Shown here in pieces: positions 12,780 through 23,989 of a DNA stretch of 64,000 nt. This stretch comes from Mustelus asterias. Taxonomy: Eukaryota. The translations under genes were made by a program, and so were the position numbers. Numbering within the stretch: position 1 is the first letter of the stretch; each line of letters begins with the position of its first letter. The notes under the pieces are model-generated. The model did not search any database. It was not told the origin of the DNA and saw nothing but the letters and a program-made list of their open reading frames with translations. Location: assembly GCF_964213995.1 (NCBI RefSeq), contig NC_135810.1:101928001-101992000 (forward strand), in the 5' to 3' direction.

Positions 12780-12910
12780 CCCGAAGAGAAATAATGTTCA
12801 GGGTTATGGGAAAAGGTGGGGGGGGGGGGTGATTGGGACTCGCTGAGTTGCTCTTGTGTAGAGCCATCATATGTATGATTGGCCGAATGGCCTAATTCTG
12901 TACTGTAACC
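12780..12910 (+). mobile_element. CR1 3' tail fragment
   Basis: cagggttatggggaaaagg...ggccgaatggcct..ttctgtactgtaac. Confidence 0.6.
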
Positions 12911-13410
12911 CATCTAGGGCTTTCTTGTCAAGTGGATCGCCACTTCTACCAGAATACGATCCTAACCCTAGAGTCTGTCTGCAACTTGCCTGGGGTCCAA
13001 GAAAGATTGAAATGGGGGGATTTCTGTATGTTCATGCCTTCCCTCCCTATTGGAATGTCTCATTGTCTAAAAGAGAAGGTAATCCAGGACTTTCAGGTCA
13101 CCAAAGTTGACCTCTCCCCAGTGAGCTGAACCTATTGGAGTAGCCCAGGCTTCAAAACTGAACATGTTTCGTTAAGATTACCTCAGGAACCGGGCGAGGT
13201 GAAAATAGGAAGTTTTTACTGTCTAGCAGGAAATACAAACAGGCCACTGGCAGGTAATTCTCATCGGAGATTCAGGGTCCCATGATATCACCCGAGCTAA
13301 ATTTTAGTGGCAGCGGCGAGGTCAGCACTAGGCCAGGTTTTGTGAGGAAAACACACAGAGAAAGTCAGCTGGCTCAAAGGAGCATCAAAGTGGTTAGCTA
13401 GTTTGTTTTC

Positions 13411-13730
13411 ATCATAGTGAATCCCTACAGTGCAGAAGGAGGCCATTTGGCTCATTGAGTCTGCACTGACAACAATCCCACCCAGGCCTTATCCCCATAA
13501 CCCCACATATTTACCCTGCTAATCCCCCTGACACTAAGGGGCAATTTACCGTGGCCAATCAACCTAACTTGCACATCTTTGGACTGTGGGAGGAAACCGG
13601 AGCACCCGGAGGAAACCCACGCAGACACGGGGAGAATGTGCAGACTCCACACAGGCAGTCATTCGACGCTGGAATTGAACACCGGGTCCCTGGTGCTGTG
13701 AGGCAGCAGTGCTAACCACTGTGCCACCCT
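13411..13730 (-). mobile_element. HE1-type V-SINE (tail A), near full length
   Basis: Reverse complement of head, V-domain and tail. Confidence 0.92.
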
Positions 13731-14984
13731 TATTTTTTAAAAACTATTTCGTTGAGGCCCTGGAGTGCTGCTCCCACCCCTAACTTCTCACAACCGCATC
13801 ACATCTTCCCCTTTTACTCACCTCGGCAGCGACTGTTCCTATGGTTGGCTGCTGTGACCTCCTACCACTTTCATCGCCCTCCTGCCTGTTGCCTTTGGCT
13901 AGGCCTGGTCCACTTAAATAAAAGCCAGGACACACTTCGGCTGCACGCTCACCGTTTGGCCAGGGCTCTGATGTAGTTTCAATCTATTCTGAAGGAGATG
14001 CTATTAACCTCATCAGTTCGCAGTTCTTCTGAATCAAGTGCAGATTGACTGGAATTATTGCCTCCACCCCAAGCAGGGAAGGAGGTTAGACGGCTGATTG
14101 CATGGAGCCCAAATAACCCAGTCAGCTTGAGTGAAATGGCATTACTTAATATGCATCGCTCGTGACAGTCAAGTTAGTCTAACGAGGTGGTGAGATACTC
14201 CTTATAAAAGGAGACAATTAATAGCCTAAGCCCTTGAGGTTACTATGGGTGTTAAGTGTTCATTTTGCCCTTATTTACAGAAAAATCCTCTACCTAATTG
14301 GCCGTGAGCCTGTTGAGGCTTTTGCAACGTCTCTTCAATAATTACACCACTAGATTTATCTCGAGCTTCTGCAGTACAGCTCTACTGCATTCATACATTT
14401 CATTTATCTCGTCATGACTTTCCATTACATTACAGCCTTGCCTCAAGTGCTGTGATGCTTTTGTATCCCGAGTCTGCAAAAATCTTTCTCAGCAAAGTGG
14501 AGGGCTTGGTTGATTGGAAATGAAAGTTGCCATGGAGATGCCTAAACACTGAATGTAATTGTAAGTGTAAAGTGGGCCAAATTCCAAAACACACGCTGCC
14601 TTAAGTGTAAGACAGAACTGCTTCTGTTTGAAGTTCGTATTAAGTGCCGACTGCGGTACCTCTCGATTTCTGGGACTTCTCCACTGCACACTTCCCCATC
14701 TCCTCTACTATCTCACATTTAGGGGTAGGACATCTCATTATATTGTAACAAACATCATCCAAGCTACTTGGTATAATTTGTTTTTCTCCATATAAATATC
14801 AGAATATAAATATAAATATCAAAAGCAGGTGAAATAAAAACAAGACAATGTTGGAAATGCTCAGCGGGTCAGGCAGCCTCTGTGGAGACAGATTCAGAGT
14901 TAACGGCCTGAATTTTCACAGAGCTGGAAGGGTTACGCGTGCTTGCCAAAATGGCATGAGAACCTCAAGGTTCATGGAGGCAGG

Positions 14985-15160
14985 TGCATGGCCAATGCAC
15001 CGCACCAGCATGTCTTTCGGACTGTGGAAGGAAACCGGAGCACCTGGAGGAAACCCACGCAGACACGGGGAGAAAGTACAAACTCCACACAGACTAAGCC
15101 AGGAATCGAACCCAGGTCCCTGGTGCTGTGGGGCAGCAGTGCTAACCACTGTGCCACCAT
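14985..15160 (-). mobile_element. V-SINE type B, 5' half
   Basis: Diagnostic cagtccgaaagacatgctgg on the minus strand. Confidence 0.85.
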
Positions 15161-15305
15161 GCACCCCCCCGCCCCCCTCAAAGTGCTATTTTAAATAAGC
15201 TAACGGTCTACGCCGGGAAGGAACTTTACTCTTAAAATCAGGTTCTTATTGCCTCAAATCTGGAATACAGAAGTTGAGTTTTTTGACAGCTCTTTGGGTA
15301 AATCA

Positions 15306-15387
15306 GTGGTCAGTGCTGATTCGATGGGCCAAATGGCCTTCTTCGGCACTGTAGGGATTCTGTGGAATGCTTGAAAAGGGCTTTTAA
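15306..15387 (+). repeat. 82-bp direct duplicate of 16234-16315 (SINE tail + unique flank)
   Basis: Two mismatches by eye; includes the non-SINE flank ggaatgcttgaaaagggcttttaa. Confidence 0.9.
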
Positions 15388-15971
15388 AACATCTAAAACA
15401 TAGTTCTAAGTGCAACCGGCTATCTGATTTAACAGAGACGCATTTGAGACTGCCTGTAATTAATAGGAAAGTCATGGAGAGAAAATACCGATTCCCCTGC
15501 AAGTTTGCGGTGGCAGAAGACATTAGCAGTTAGTGAAACCAGGAGATTTTCATTTCCTTAATCTTCTTAGTTAGATATCCGCTACTCCTAATTGAGACAG
15601 TTACCCTGGGGAGACATCCATAACACTCTTCTAGTCAATGTTGCACATTTGAGCCAGGAATAATTGAGCTGTGTCTCAGTTCCAAAGATTTGGTGTTCCT
15701 GCCACTGAAATGAGTGATTAATGGTGCGGTTACAAAGACAAAATAGAACACAGTTAACTTAGATCACCAGAGCTTAAACATCATTATTTAGAAGGGAAGC
15801 AGTACTTGCTTTACAATAGGTGCATGAATCAAACCTGGTCTTAAAATCGGTGGAATTCACTCCCATAGCCTGTTGTGCGTGACCAACTATGACCTCCTGA
15901 GCAGTACGATAAAGAAAATTTGCAAATTTCTTTAAAATGTCACTGCGATCTGTAATTGGTTTTAAGAATGT

Positions 15972-16290
15972 GGGCGGCACAGTGGCACAGTGGTTAGCAC
16001 TGCTGCCTCACAGCGCCAGGGATCCGGGTTCAATTCCGCCCTTAGGTCACTGCCTGTGTGGAGTTTGCACATTCTCCCCGTGTCTGCATGGGTTTCCTCG
16101 AGGTGCTCCGGTTTCCTACCACAGTCCAAAGATGTGTGGGTGAGGTTGATTGGCCATGCTAAATTGCCCCTTAGTGTCAGGGGATTAACAAGGTAAATAT
16201 GTGGGGTTACGGGAATAGGGCCTGGGTGGGATTGTGGTCAGTGCAGATTCGATGGGCCGAATGGCCTTCTTCGGCACTGTAGGGATTCTG
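15972..16290 (+). mobile_element. HE1-type V-SINE (tail A), full length
   Basis: Complete head, V-domain and tail. Confidence 0.93.
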
Positions 16291-16424
16291 TGGAATGCTT
16301 GAAAAGGGCTTTTAAGAGTTTGGTCGAGAATTTCCGGCCGCGTTTGCCCCAAGTCCAGAAAATCCACCCCTCGCCCGTGCCGATTCTTGTGTCAGGCAGG
16401 GCGGTAAAATTCCAGAATTGGGCA

Positions 16425-16785
16425 CACCTTGCTGAACAATCCCAAGTGTTACGCTAACAACCAATTTAAGATTGTCAGTCGGGCCGGCAACGTATCTCAC
16501 TGATGCTTGTTAGAAGCTACATATGTTCTTGTGTAGCGACCTGTCCTCTGCAGGCAAAAGAAACATGTCGAGACATTGCTCCTTTTTTGAGTAAACAAAG
16601 TCATAGGGGACATTCACCATGGCGACATCTCGACCAATCAGAACTGACTTGCCAACCATCAGCACCCTTTGTCACGTGGTATAAATTGCCCTTCCCTTTG
16701 AAATTTGGCATTCTTGCATATGTTCTGATGAGTGCAAGATGAAACACTTCGACAGCATGTCTCTTTTTTCAGCAATACTCAAGTG
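16425..16785 (+). mobile_element. Penelope-like element (family C): decayed GIY-YIG C-terminus + terminal repeat
   Basis: HLLNNPKC..YANNQFKIVSRAGNVSH*CLLEATYVLV*RPVLCRQKKHV; hammerhead core ctgatga(16725)...gaaa(16741). Confidence 0.75.
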
Positions 16786-17211
16786 AGAAATCCAATGCAC
16801 CAGAGGCCGGGTTGGAAAGATTGTGAGAATACATGTGACACCACATTTGTGCAGTGAGTGGTGCAAATGCTTGTAAACTTATGAGTTAGTCTTTGTTATC
16901 TCTGTTATTCCACGTGTAATCTACAGCTCATATCAAACATAATTTGCCTGTTAATTCATGTTTAATTAACACTGGTCAGAATCAACATGGAAATAACAGT
17001 TGCAAACAGTAATTCCTTCATTTGGGCGACGTTTGGTAAGCTTAGTTATTTTAGTTTATGACCCCCCCCCCCCACTTGGATTTGACCATGTGAAGTAGTG
17101 AGCTATAACTGCTCTGGTTCTTACAATCTACTCCAAAGCTTGTACTGGACAGTGAAATACAAGCTGCTGAAAATAGTGTTTCAATTCACTACTCCAGCAA
17201 CTGCGACAGAA

Positions 17212-18110
17212 ACTGGCCATTGTGCAGCATCGGAAACATCGTTGGTGCGATTTTCCCAAGAAGTACCGAACAGGCGAGAAAACAGGAGTTACTCCTGCCC
17301 GTTTTTTGAGGGCGCTTACTCAAAATAAATTACGGCACTCAGTGTAGCACAGGGGCCGTCAGGGGATTTACGGCGGTAGTGGGGAGGGGTGAGGGAGCGC
17401 AAACTCCCACCCGAGAGGCTGACGTCAGACTGCCGAGGAGGGCAATGCGCATGCGTCGATCTCCCTGGACATCGGTTAACATGCGCCTCCCTCCAGACAC
17501 CAGTGGTGTCCTGAATATCCAGACCAGCCCCCCCACAACATTGCTGGCCCAGACCCGCCCTGCACCCCCCCCCCCCCCCCCCGCCCACCCACATCACCAG
17601 CCATGACTACCCCCGTCCCCCAATGGCCGGCCTACCCCCGTCCCCCAATGGCCGGCCTCCTGGTGGCCGGACCTGGCCTCCGAGCGCCCGGTTCCACCAC
17701 CAGCCCCCACCCCCCAATGCAGAGTTCCCCCCCATCCCCTCCCCCCCATGCCTCAGTCTGGTTCTGCCCCCATCTGGTCCTACTCCCTCAGGCGCCACTC
17801 CCTTGGCACTGCCCAGTGCCCACTGGGCACTGCCAGGGTGCCCAGTGGGCAGTACCAGCCTGGCATCCTGGCACAGCCCAAGGGGCACCCCTCCCGCCCC
17901 TGACTTCATGAGGGGCCTCAACGGCCTCTGATCCCACCAGCCAGGCCATCCCGCTGCCGGCGGGATTCTCCGGTTCCACCGGCAGCGTATCCTCGTCCAT
18001 GGGTTTCCCGCCGGAGTGGTGTGACATCAATGGGAATTCCCACCGACAGCGGCAGGACCAGAGAATCCCGCTAACGTGCCACCTCATGCTGCCATCAACA
18101 CGCGGTGGGG
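17212..18110. mobile_element. PIF/Harbinger-like non-autonomous DNA element, GC-rich
   Basis: Shares gaaaacaggagt(t/a)actcc and ttggcactgccc blocks with 41795-42558; gagaatcccgc terminus near 18070. Confidence 0.6.
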
Positions 18111-18304
18111 CAGGGTGGGGGGGGGGGATTGGTGGATCTCATCGTGGTTTAAATCGACAGAATGCACAAAAATTCAAATGACAAATTTTCTGGCGAGCAA
18201 AATATTCTAATTGGGAGGTACACAAATGAAAACAAAGTCCAGTGCTTATGACACTACATTTTTTGTGAACCTTGCAATGAAGGCAATTAGCTACAAGAAG
18301 ATAA

Positions 18305-18672
18305 AGGCAAAATACTGGAATGCTGGATTGTGAAAAAACGGAAAGTGCTGGAAAATCTCAGCATGTCTGACAGCGTCTGTCGAGGGAGAATAGACAGGAT
18401 GTGGAGATGCCGGCGTTGGACTGGGGTAAACACAGTAAGAAGTTTAACAACACCAGGTTAAAGTCCAACAGGTTTATTTGGTAGCAAAAGCCACACAAGC
18501 TTTCGGAGCTCCAAGCCCCTTCTTCAGGTGAGTCAACGTTTTGAGTCTGGATGACCTGTCGTCAGAGCCCTGACAAGTTCTGACAAAGGGTCATCCTGAC
18601 TCGAAACGTTGGCTCTACTCTCTCTCCACAGATGCTATCAGATCTGCTGAGATTTTCCAGCAGTTTCTGTTT
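18305..18672. mobile_element. Penelope-like family B fold-back element with a nested family A fragment (about 18398-18532)
   Basis: Inverted arms gctggaaaatctcagca.../...tgctgagattttccagc; flanking duplication ttagctacaag(a/g)aga; nested gatgtggagatgccggcg...cttcaggtgag. Confidence 0.8.
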
Positions 18673-19448
18673 TAGCTACAAGGAGAAATGGTTTTGTTCC
18701 AACAACCTGGGCAGCAAGTGCTGTTATTAAGTGCTCCAAGGTCAGCTATGCAACTGTTACAGATATTTTTGTACTGAATTACCAATGAGTTCTTGCACAG
18801 CTGGCTAGAAGGCAAAAACAACATGGCTATGGACACTGAAACACCCACTTTGCGGGGACCAGAGGTATACTTTCTCATTTGTCTTCCTTAATTTGCATTT
18901 AAATGCAATGTAGAAGTCACGACACTCAATGCCAACATTGGACACCAATATGACATTTTCCATTTTCTACACCAGACATCCTGTCAGTGAGACTTCAAAC
19001 ATAGTGCAATTAATGCTGAATTTGCTACGGGTCCGTGCTGTGGCTCATGTCCATAAGAAATTGGATTAAGACTACTTAAAATTGTTTTCACAACAACTCT
19101 CATTGCCAGAAGATGGAAGAAGTTTTCATCTGATCAATCTCAGCTGGATTTGAACTTAGGCACCAGTCTCCTTTATAGTGGGCCTGTCATTTCTTAGGTG
19201 AATCAATGCTTTGGCTGGAACGAATGTCTTGGAAAGCAAAGAATTCTCAGTAAGTTCCAAAAAGTTTTTTATCGTTGAATTGGTAGGAGGTCAGCTCTCG
19301 GGTGAAATTGAAGATGGAACAGGGTTGGGTTGGAGGTTTGGCGGGGGTTGGTGGGATGGGGTGGGTGGACTCCTCTTCCCCTTCAGGGTTTAGCTGTTTT
19401 ACCTTGGCTGCGTAGTTGGCTTGGAGCTGGCTTTTTGGATGGTGTTTG

Positions 19449-19752
19449 GCAGCACGGTGGCACAGCGGTTAACACTGTTGCCTCACAGCACCAGGAACCT
19501 GGGTTCAATTCCTGGCCTGGGTCACTGTCTGTGTGGAGTTGCATGGGTTTCCTCTGGGTGCTCCGGTTTCCTCCCACAGTTCGTAGATGTGCAGGTCAGG
19601 TGGATTGGCCGTGCTAAATTGCCCCTTAGTGTCGGGGGGACTAGCTAGGGTAAATGCATGAGGTTATGGGAATAGGGCCTGGGTGGGATTGGAGTTGGTG
19701 CAGACTCGATGGGCTGAATGGCCTCCTTCCGCACTGTAGGATTCTATGATTC
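19449..19752 (+). mobile_element. HE1-type V-SINE (tail A)
   Basis: Head, V-domain and tail. Confidence 0.9.
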
Positions 19753-19978
19753 CAATGGTGCCTCTCCTGGTGTTTCTGTTAAACACAGCAGCCTTTAATC
19801 AGGTGACAAATTACAAGTTCAAAGTCCTTCATCCAAAAATAGGGGTGAGTTGTTACTTTTTTCGCATTCCATGTTTTAGCCTTTAACACACAGAGCTTTT
19901 GAGACATCCATGGTTTTTGAAATTGAATAACCCTGTTCAATTTAAGTTACCCTTCTGAATGCCTTTCAGAAAAAATAT

Positions 19979-20105
19979 TGGGTGGAATTTTATGGCTTCT
20001 CCTACTGATGGAATTTTATGGTCCCACCAAAGGCAACGGACGTTTGAACTGCTTGCCGCATTTTCCACCCCTGCCACCACCACAAGCAAGCCGCAATATT
20101 CCACC
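19979..20105. mobile_element. Short Harbinger-like MITE
   Basis: Imperfect TIRs gggtggaatttt ... aatattccacc. Confidence 0.55.
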
Positions 20106-20374
20106 TACTGAGTTCTGATTTCTTTATAGATCAGGGCGAAGTTGGCTGATGTGTGATAATCTTGTTCCGCAGATGATTCATCCTTAACAAAGGGCCTTGT
20201 GAATTTCACAAGTAGCTGTGATTGTCCATAACTTAATTAGGTATTTGCTTGAGTTTCAGGTCTGTCAAAGTCAGTCAAAGTCACTTGATATCTGGTCGGC
20301 CATCTTAAAAACTGATGTGTCCATTTTAAAACACAGCTTTAAAATTTGTAATATCTTCATTCCTTTATATGGGC

Positions 20375-21300
20375 ATGACACCTGGATGTTCAACAACATT
20401 ACCATTGCGGAAACCCCCACCATCAACATCAATGGGAATATCATTGAACCAGAAACTTAAATGGGCCATCCATGTAAAAACCAAGGTGACAAGAGCAGGT
20501 CAGGGGCTAGTATTTCTGCAGTAGGTATCTCATCTCTTGACTCTCAAAGCCTGACCATGATCCACAAGGCACAGGTCAGCAGAGTGACGGGACACTCTCC
20601 ACTTGCCAGGACGAGCACAGCTCCAGAACAAAGTAGCCACTTGATTAGTGCTCTGTCCTCCTCCTCCTTAAACATTCAATCCCTCTATCAGTGGTGCACA
20701 TGGTATAATGTGTGCCATCTACAAGATGCATTGCAGCAACTCGCTAAGCACCTTCAACAGCATGTTCCAAACTTCTGGCCTGTACCACCTGGAAGAACAA
20801 GGGCAGCAGATATATGGGAACACCACCACCTGCAAGTTCCCCTTCAAGTCACATGCCATCCTAACGTGGAAATATATCACCACTCCTTCCCTGTTGAAAA
20901 TCCTGGAGTTCATTACCTAACAGTACTGTGGGTATACCCACAGTGCATGGACTGCAACAATCTTCCCCTTCCCTTCTCTTAATCTAGGGGATTTTCACAG
21001 TAACTTTATTGCAGTGCTGATGTAAGCCTACTTGTGACTAATAAATAGAACTTAAAACTCTTAATCTGCTGAAGACACGGCTCATTGTTAAGTGTGTTTT
21101 TGTAGACTATGATTGCTCTCTGACACATCACCAAAATAGGTATTGTAATGCGTGCCTCATAAGGAGCACTTGGGGGTGTTCGACCTCGGAGATGATCTCA
21201 ACATAGCCCTAAACGCCAGCTCACTTATCACCTTCTCAAGGGCAACTAGGCATGGGCAACAAATGCAGGCGTTGTCAGCGACACACACATCCCGGGAGTG
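20375..21300 (+). mobile_element. CR1-group LINE 3' fragment (second family), interrupted at about 20957-21213
   Basis: LTMIHKAQVSRVTGHSPLA and CAIYKMHCSNS motifs; tail caccttctcaagggcaactaggcatgggcaacaaatgc resumes after the insert. Confidence 0.75.
20986..21057 (+). mobile_element. V-SINE type B tail, 5'-truncated, with 10-bp TSD
   Basis: aggggattttcacagtaact...actaataaata flanked by ctcttaatct at 20976-20985 and 21058-21067. Confidence 0.85.
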
Positions 21301-22245
21301 ATTCTTTCAAAAATTGCACAGTGCCTTTCACTACCTCAGCATAGTCCAAGGCCCTTTGAAGCGATTGAAGTCATATTGAAGTGTAGTCACTGTTGTAATG
21401 TAGGGAAGCAAGATGAATGAAATCACTTTCATGGATAAAAGGAGCCAAAAACTCATCTGACTCAAATCCAAAGACAAAAGCTTCACCTCGGATAAGTAAG
21501 GAAGAAATTTCTCAGAAACATGACCGGTTTTGTAAAAGATTTTACACATTAATTTTTCAGCATAAATTTAGGTTGGAATATATATAGTTTCATAGAAATC
21601 ATAGAAACCCTACAGTGCAGAAAGAGGCCATTTGGCCCATCGAGTCTGCACCGACCACATGTATGCATAAAAACCTACGACCAAGTTGCTGCTTTTGAAA
21701 TATTTGCCAAATCATCTGGTTCCATTGGATGTTAACAAATATGTTACTTAAATTCTATAAGATTATTTGCGTTATTCTATATTTTTAACGAATACTCTGC
21801 ATAAAGTTCTGATTGATTGCACGCCGCCATTTTGCTTTCTGTTACTCAAAGGGCTGGTTTAGTTTAGTTTTCATTTCCAGCATCATCTCTGCATACAAAG
21901 CTGATTTAAGGCAATGATTTTACTGCTCTGATCTCAGCTAGAGCAAGGAACGGCTGCTTCACTACAATCAGACTTACTTTCCCCGCTTTACGGAGAAATA
22001 GACCAGCCAGGGTTCCCGGCCACAATCGCTGAATCGGAATCGCAAGGATGGTTCAGGAAGGGGCTATTTAGGGCTATGTTGAGATCATCTCCAAGATCAA
22101 ACATCCCCAAAATACTCGTTATTGAGGCACACATTATAATACCTATTTTGGTGATGCATCAGAGAGCAATCGTAGCGCACAAAAACACACTCAGCAATGA
22201 GTCATGTCTTCAGCAGATTAAGAGAAGGGGAGAGGAGGTAATGTG
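21058..22245. repeat. Inverted repeat pair 21058-21213 / 22067-22224 (homology extends to about 20960 / 22245)
   Basis: ttaatctgctgaagaca...acatagccctaaa is the reverse complement of tttagggctatgt...tcttcagcagattaa; roughly 85% identical by eye. Confidence 0.9.
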
Positions 22246-23049
22246 GTGGAAAATAAATCAATCATTTGCATTTTTAAATAATAGTTATGAATTTTCAGTA
22301 CGTTACAATGTTTCTGCATCTCTTATCGAACATGAAGAAATGTAATTTAAGCTCTTTGGGGACATTTTAATTTTATCTGAATATATTCAAATATTTCAAC
22401 TTTTAACCACAGGCCCTGGACCCAAGAAAACAGACATGTTCGTCAACAGCGGTGAACTCCAAATGTCTTTCCATTAACGTAAAATAACCTAACACTGAGA
22501 AAGTCTCATTTTTATAATCAGGCTGTTTAATTATCCATTGGAGCAAGCTGCCCTTTCAGAACCATTCATCTTGGGAGATAGAACACATGCGTATTTCAAA
22601 ACCGACAAAATCAATTCATTTGAAGAATTAGCATGCAAGGGGGTTGCATTCCTTTAGAAAATGTATTTACAAAACTCCGTCAAGGTTATGTACAATAAAT
22701 CAGCCCTCAAAGAGCAGACATTCCACTTACGAGCAAAGTGAATCTCTTTGTGGATTAACCCTCCAATCTATTGCATATCACTAAATTTCAGTGCAAGCTG
22801 TTTTAGTTACAAACAAATTTATTTTCGGCTCTGATGATCTTGCATTTTCTTTGTCAATGCTACCTTCTCCACTATGACTAAACGGTCTTCCAAAAAAAAT
22901 GACAGAAAATCTACTCTTATTTGACAAGTGTAATTAAAGTGATATGTCAATTTACTTGATCAAGATATGCATTTTGTATCTAGTTGTCTCGAAGTGGAAG
23001 GATCCTATTGTAGGTAGCTTTAGTTTTTAAACAAAACAATTTAATGTTT

Positions 23050-23403
23050 ATTTTTATTCATTCGTGGGACATGGGCATCGCTGGCGGGTCAGCATTTATT
23101 TTCCCCATCCCTAGTTACCCTTGAAGGGCAGTTGAGAGTTACCATGGCTCTGGAGTCACATGTAGGCCAGACCAGGTAAGGACGGCAGATTTCCTTCCCT
23201 AAAGAACATTAGTGAACCAGATGGGGTTTTTCCAACAATTGACAATGGTTTCACAGTCGTCAGTAGATTCTTAATTCCAGGTATTTTTTATTGAATTCAA
23301 ATTCCACCATCTGCCGTGGCGGGATTCGAACCCAGGTCCCCAGAACATTAGCTGAGTTTCTGGATTAATAGTCCAGTGATAATACCATTAGGCCATCGTC
23401 TCC
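23050..23403 (-). mobile_element. tRNA-derived SINE with CR1-type tail (not a V-SINE)
   Basis: Minus strand has a tRNA-like head with B-box gggttcgaatccc; its tail resembles the 3' end of the CR1 family at 56450 and 21230. Confidence 0.75.
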
Positions 23404-23769
23404 ACATTAATGTACTGAGGTTTGCATTAAAATCAAATGTCTGTCTTATTTTGAAAAGCAATAATTTCTGTATATTCTTTTTAAGCAATTATGTCAATTG
23501 GAAAATATTAACAATTGACGAAGTTAGCAATGCATTGTGAAGTGACACACCCTTAATTATCCCTTGTCACAAGTCTGAGTTCATGCAAGGTGAAGCACAG
23601 TGAACAGGCTTGTTCATAAGCCTGCCTGACTCCTTCTGTACCACATGCTACAGTGGAGGATGGAACACGCAGCCAAGGCGACTGGAATAGCTCCAGGTAT
23701 AAAAGGTCCTAAAGCTGTCCTATTTTTGGCTTTACGAAATAAAAACATGTTTTAAAATGCGCAGATCTT

Positions 23770-23958
23770 TATTTTTTTCCTCCCCACTGCTTCCCTGACT
23801 CGTTCTCCCTTGAAACGCGATTCCCTGCCTCCAAGGATAGGCAGACAACCTTCTCTCCTGGGCCTCGGAGAGTGAGTTTCTGGCTTTGGCTGAGCGCCAA
23901 ATCCTCCGTCCTCTCTGGCAGCGGCGGTGGGCTGTGAACGGCTGGAGAATTCCGGCCC
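23770..23958. mobile_element. Harbinger-like MITE
   Basis: ggagaattccggccc terminus; interior related to 27787-27915. Confidence 0.55.
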
Positions 23959-23989
23959 ATTGTATTAGATCAAAGGAATTGGCTTATAA

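Noticed and set aside
14526-14540. RFX X-box-like gttgccatggagat
   Set aside because: A single short motif, possibly from a decayed Penelope-C repeat, with no promoter context.
15972-16050. tRNA gene-like A/B boxes (many copies)
   Set aside because: These are SINE heads that continue into the V-domain; there is no complete cloverleaf or acceptor stem.
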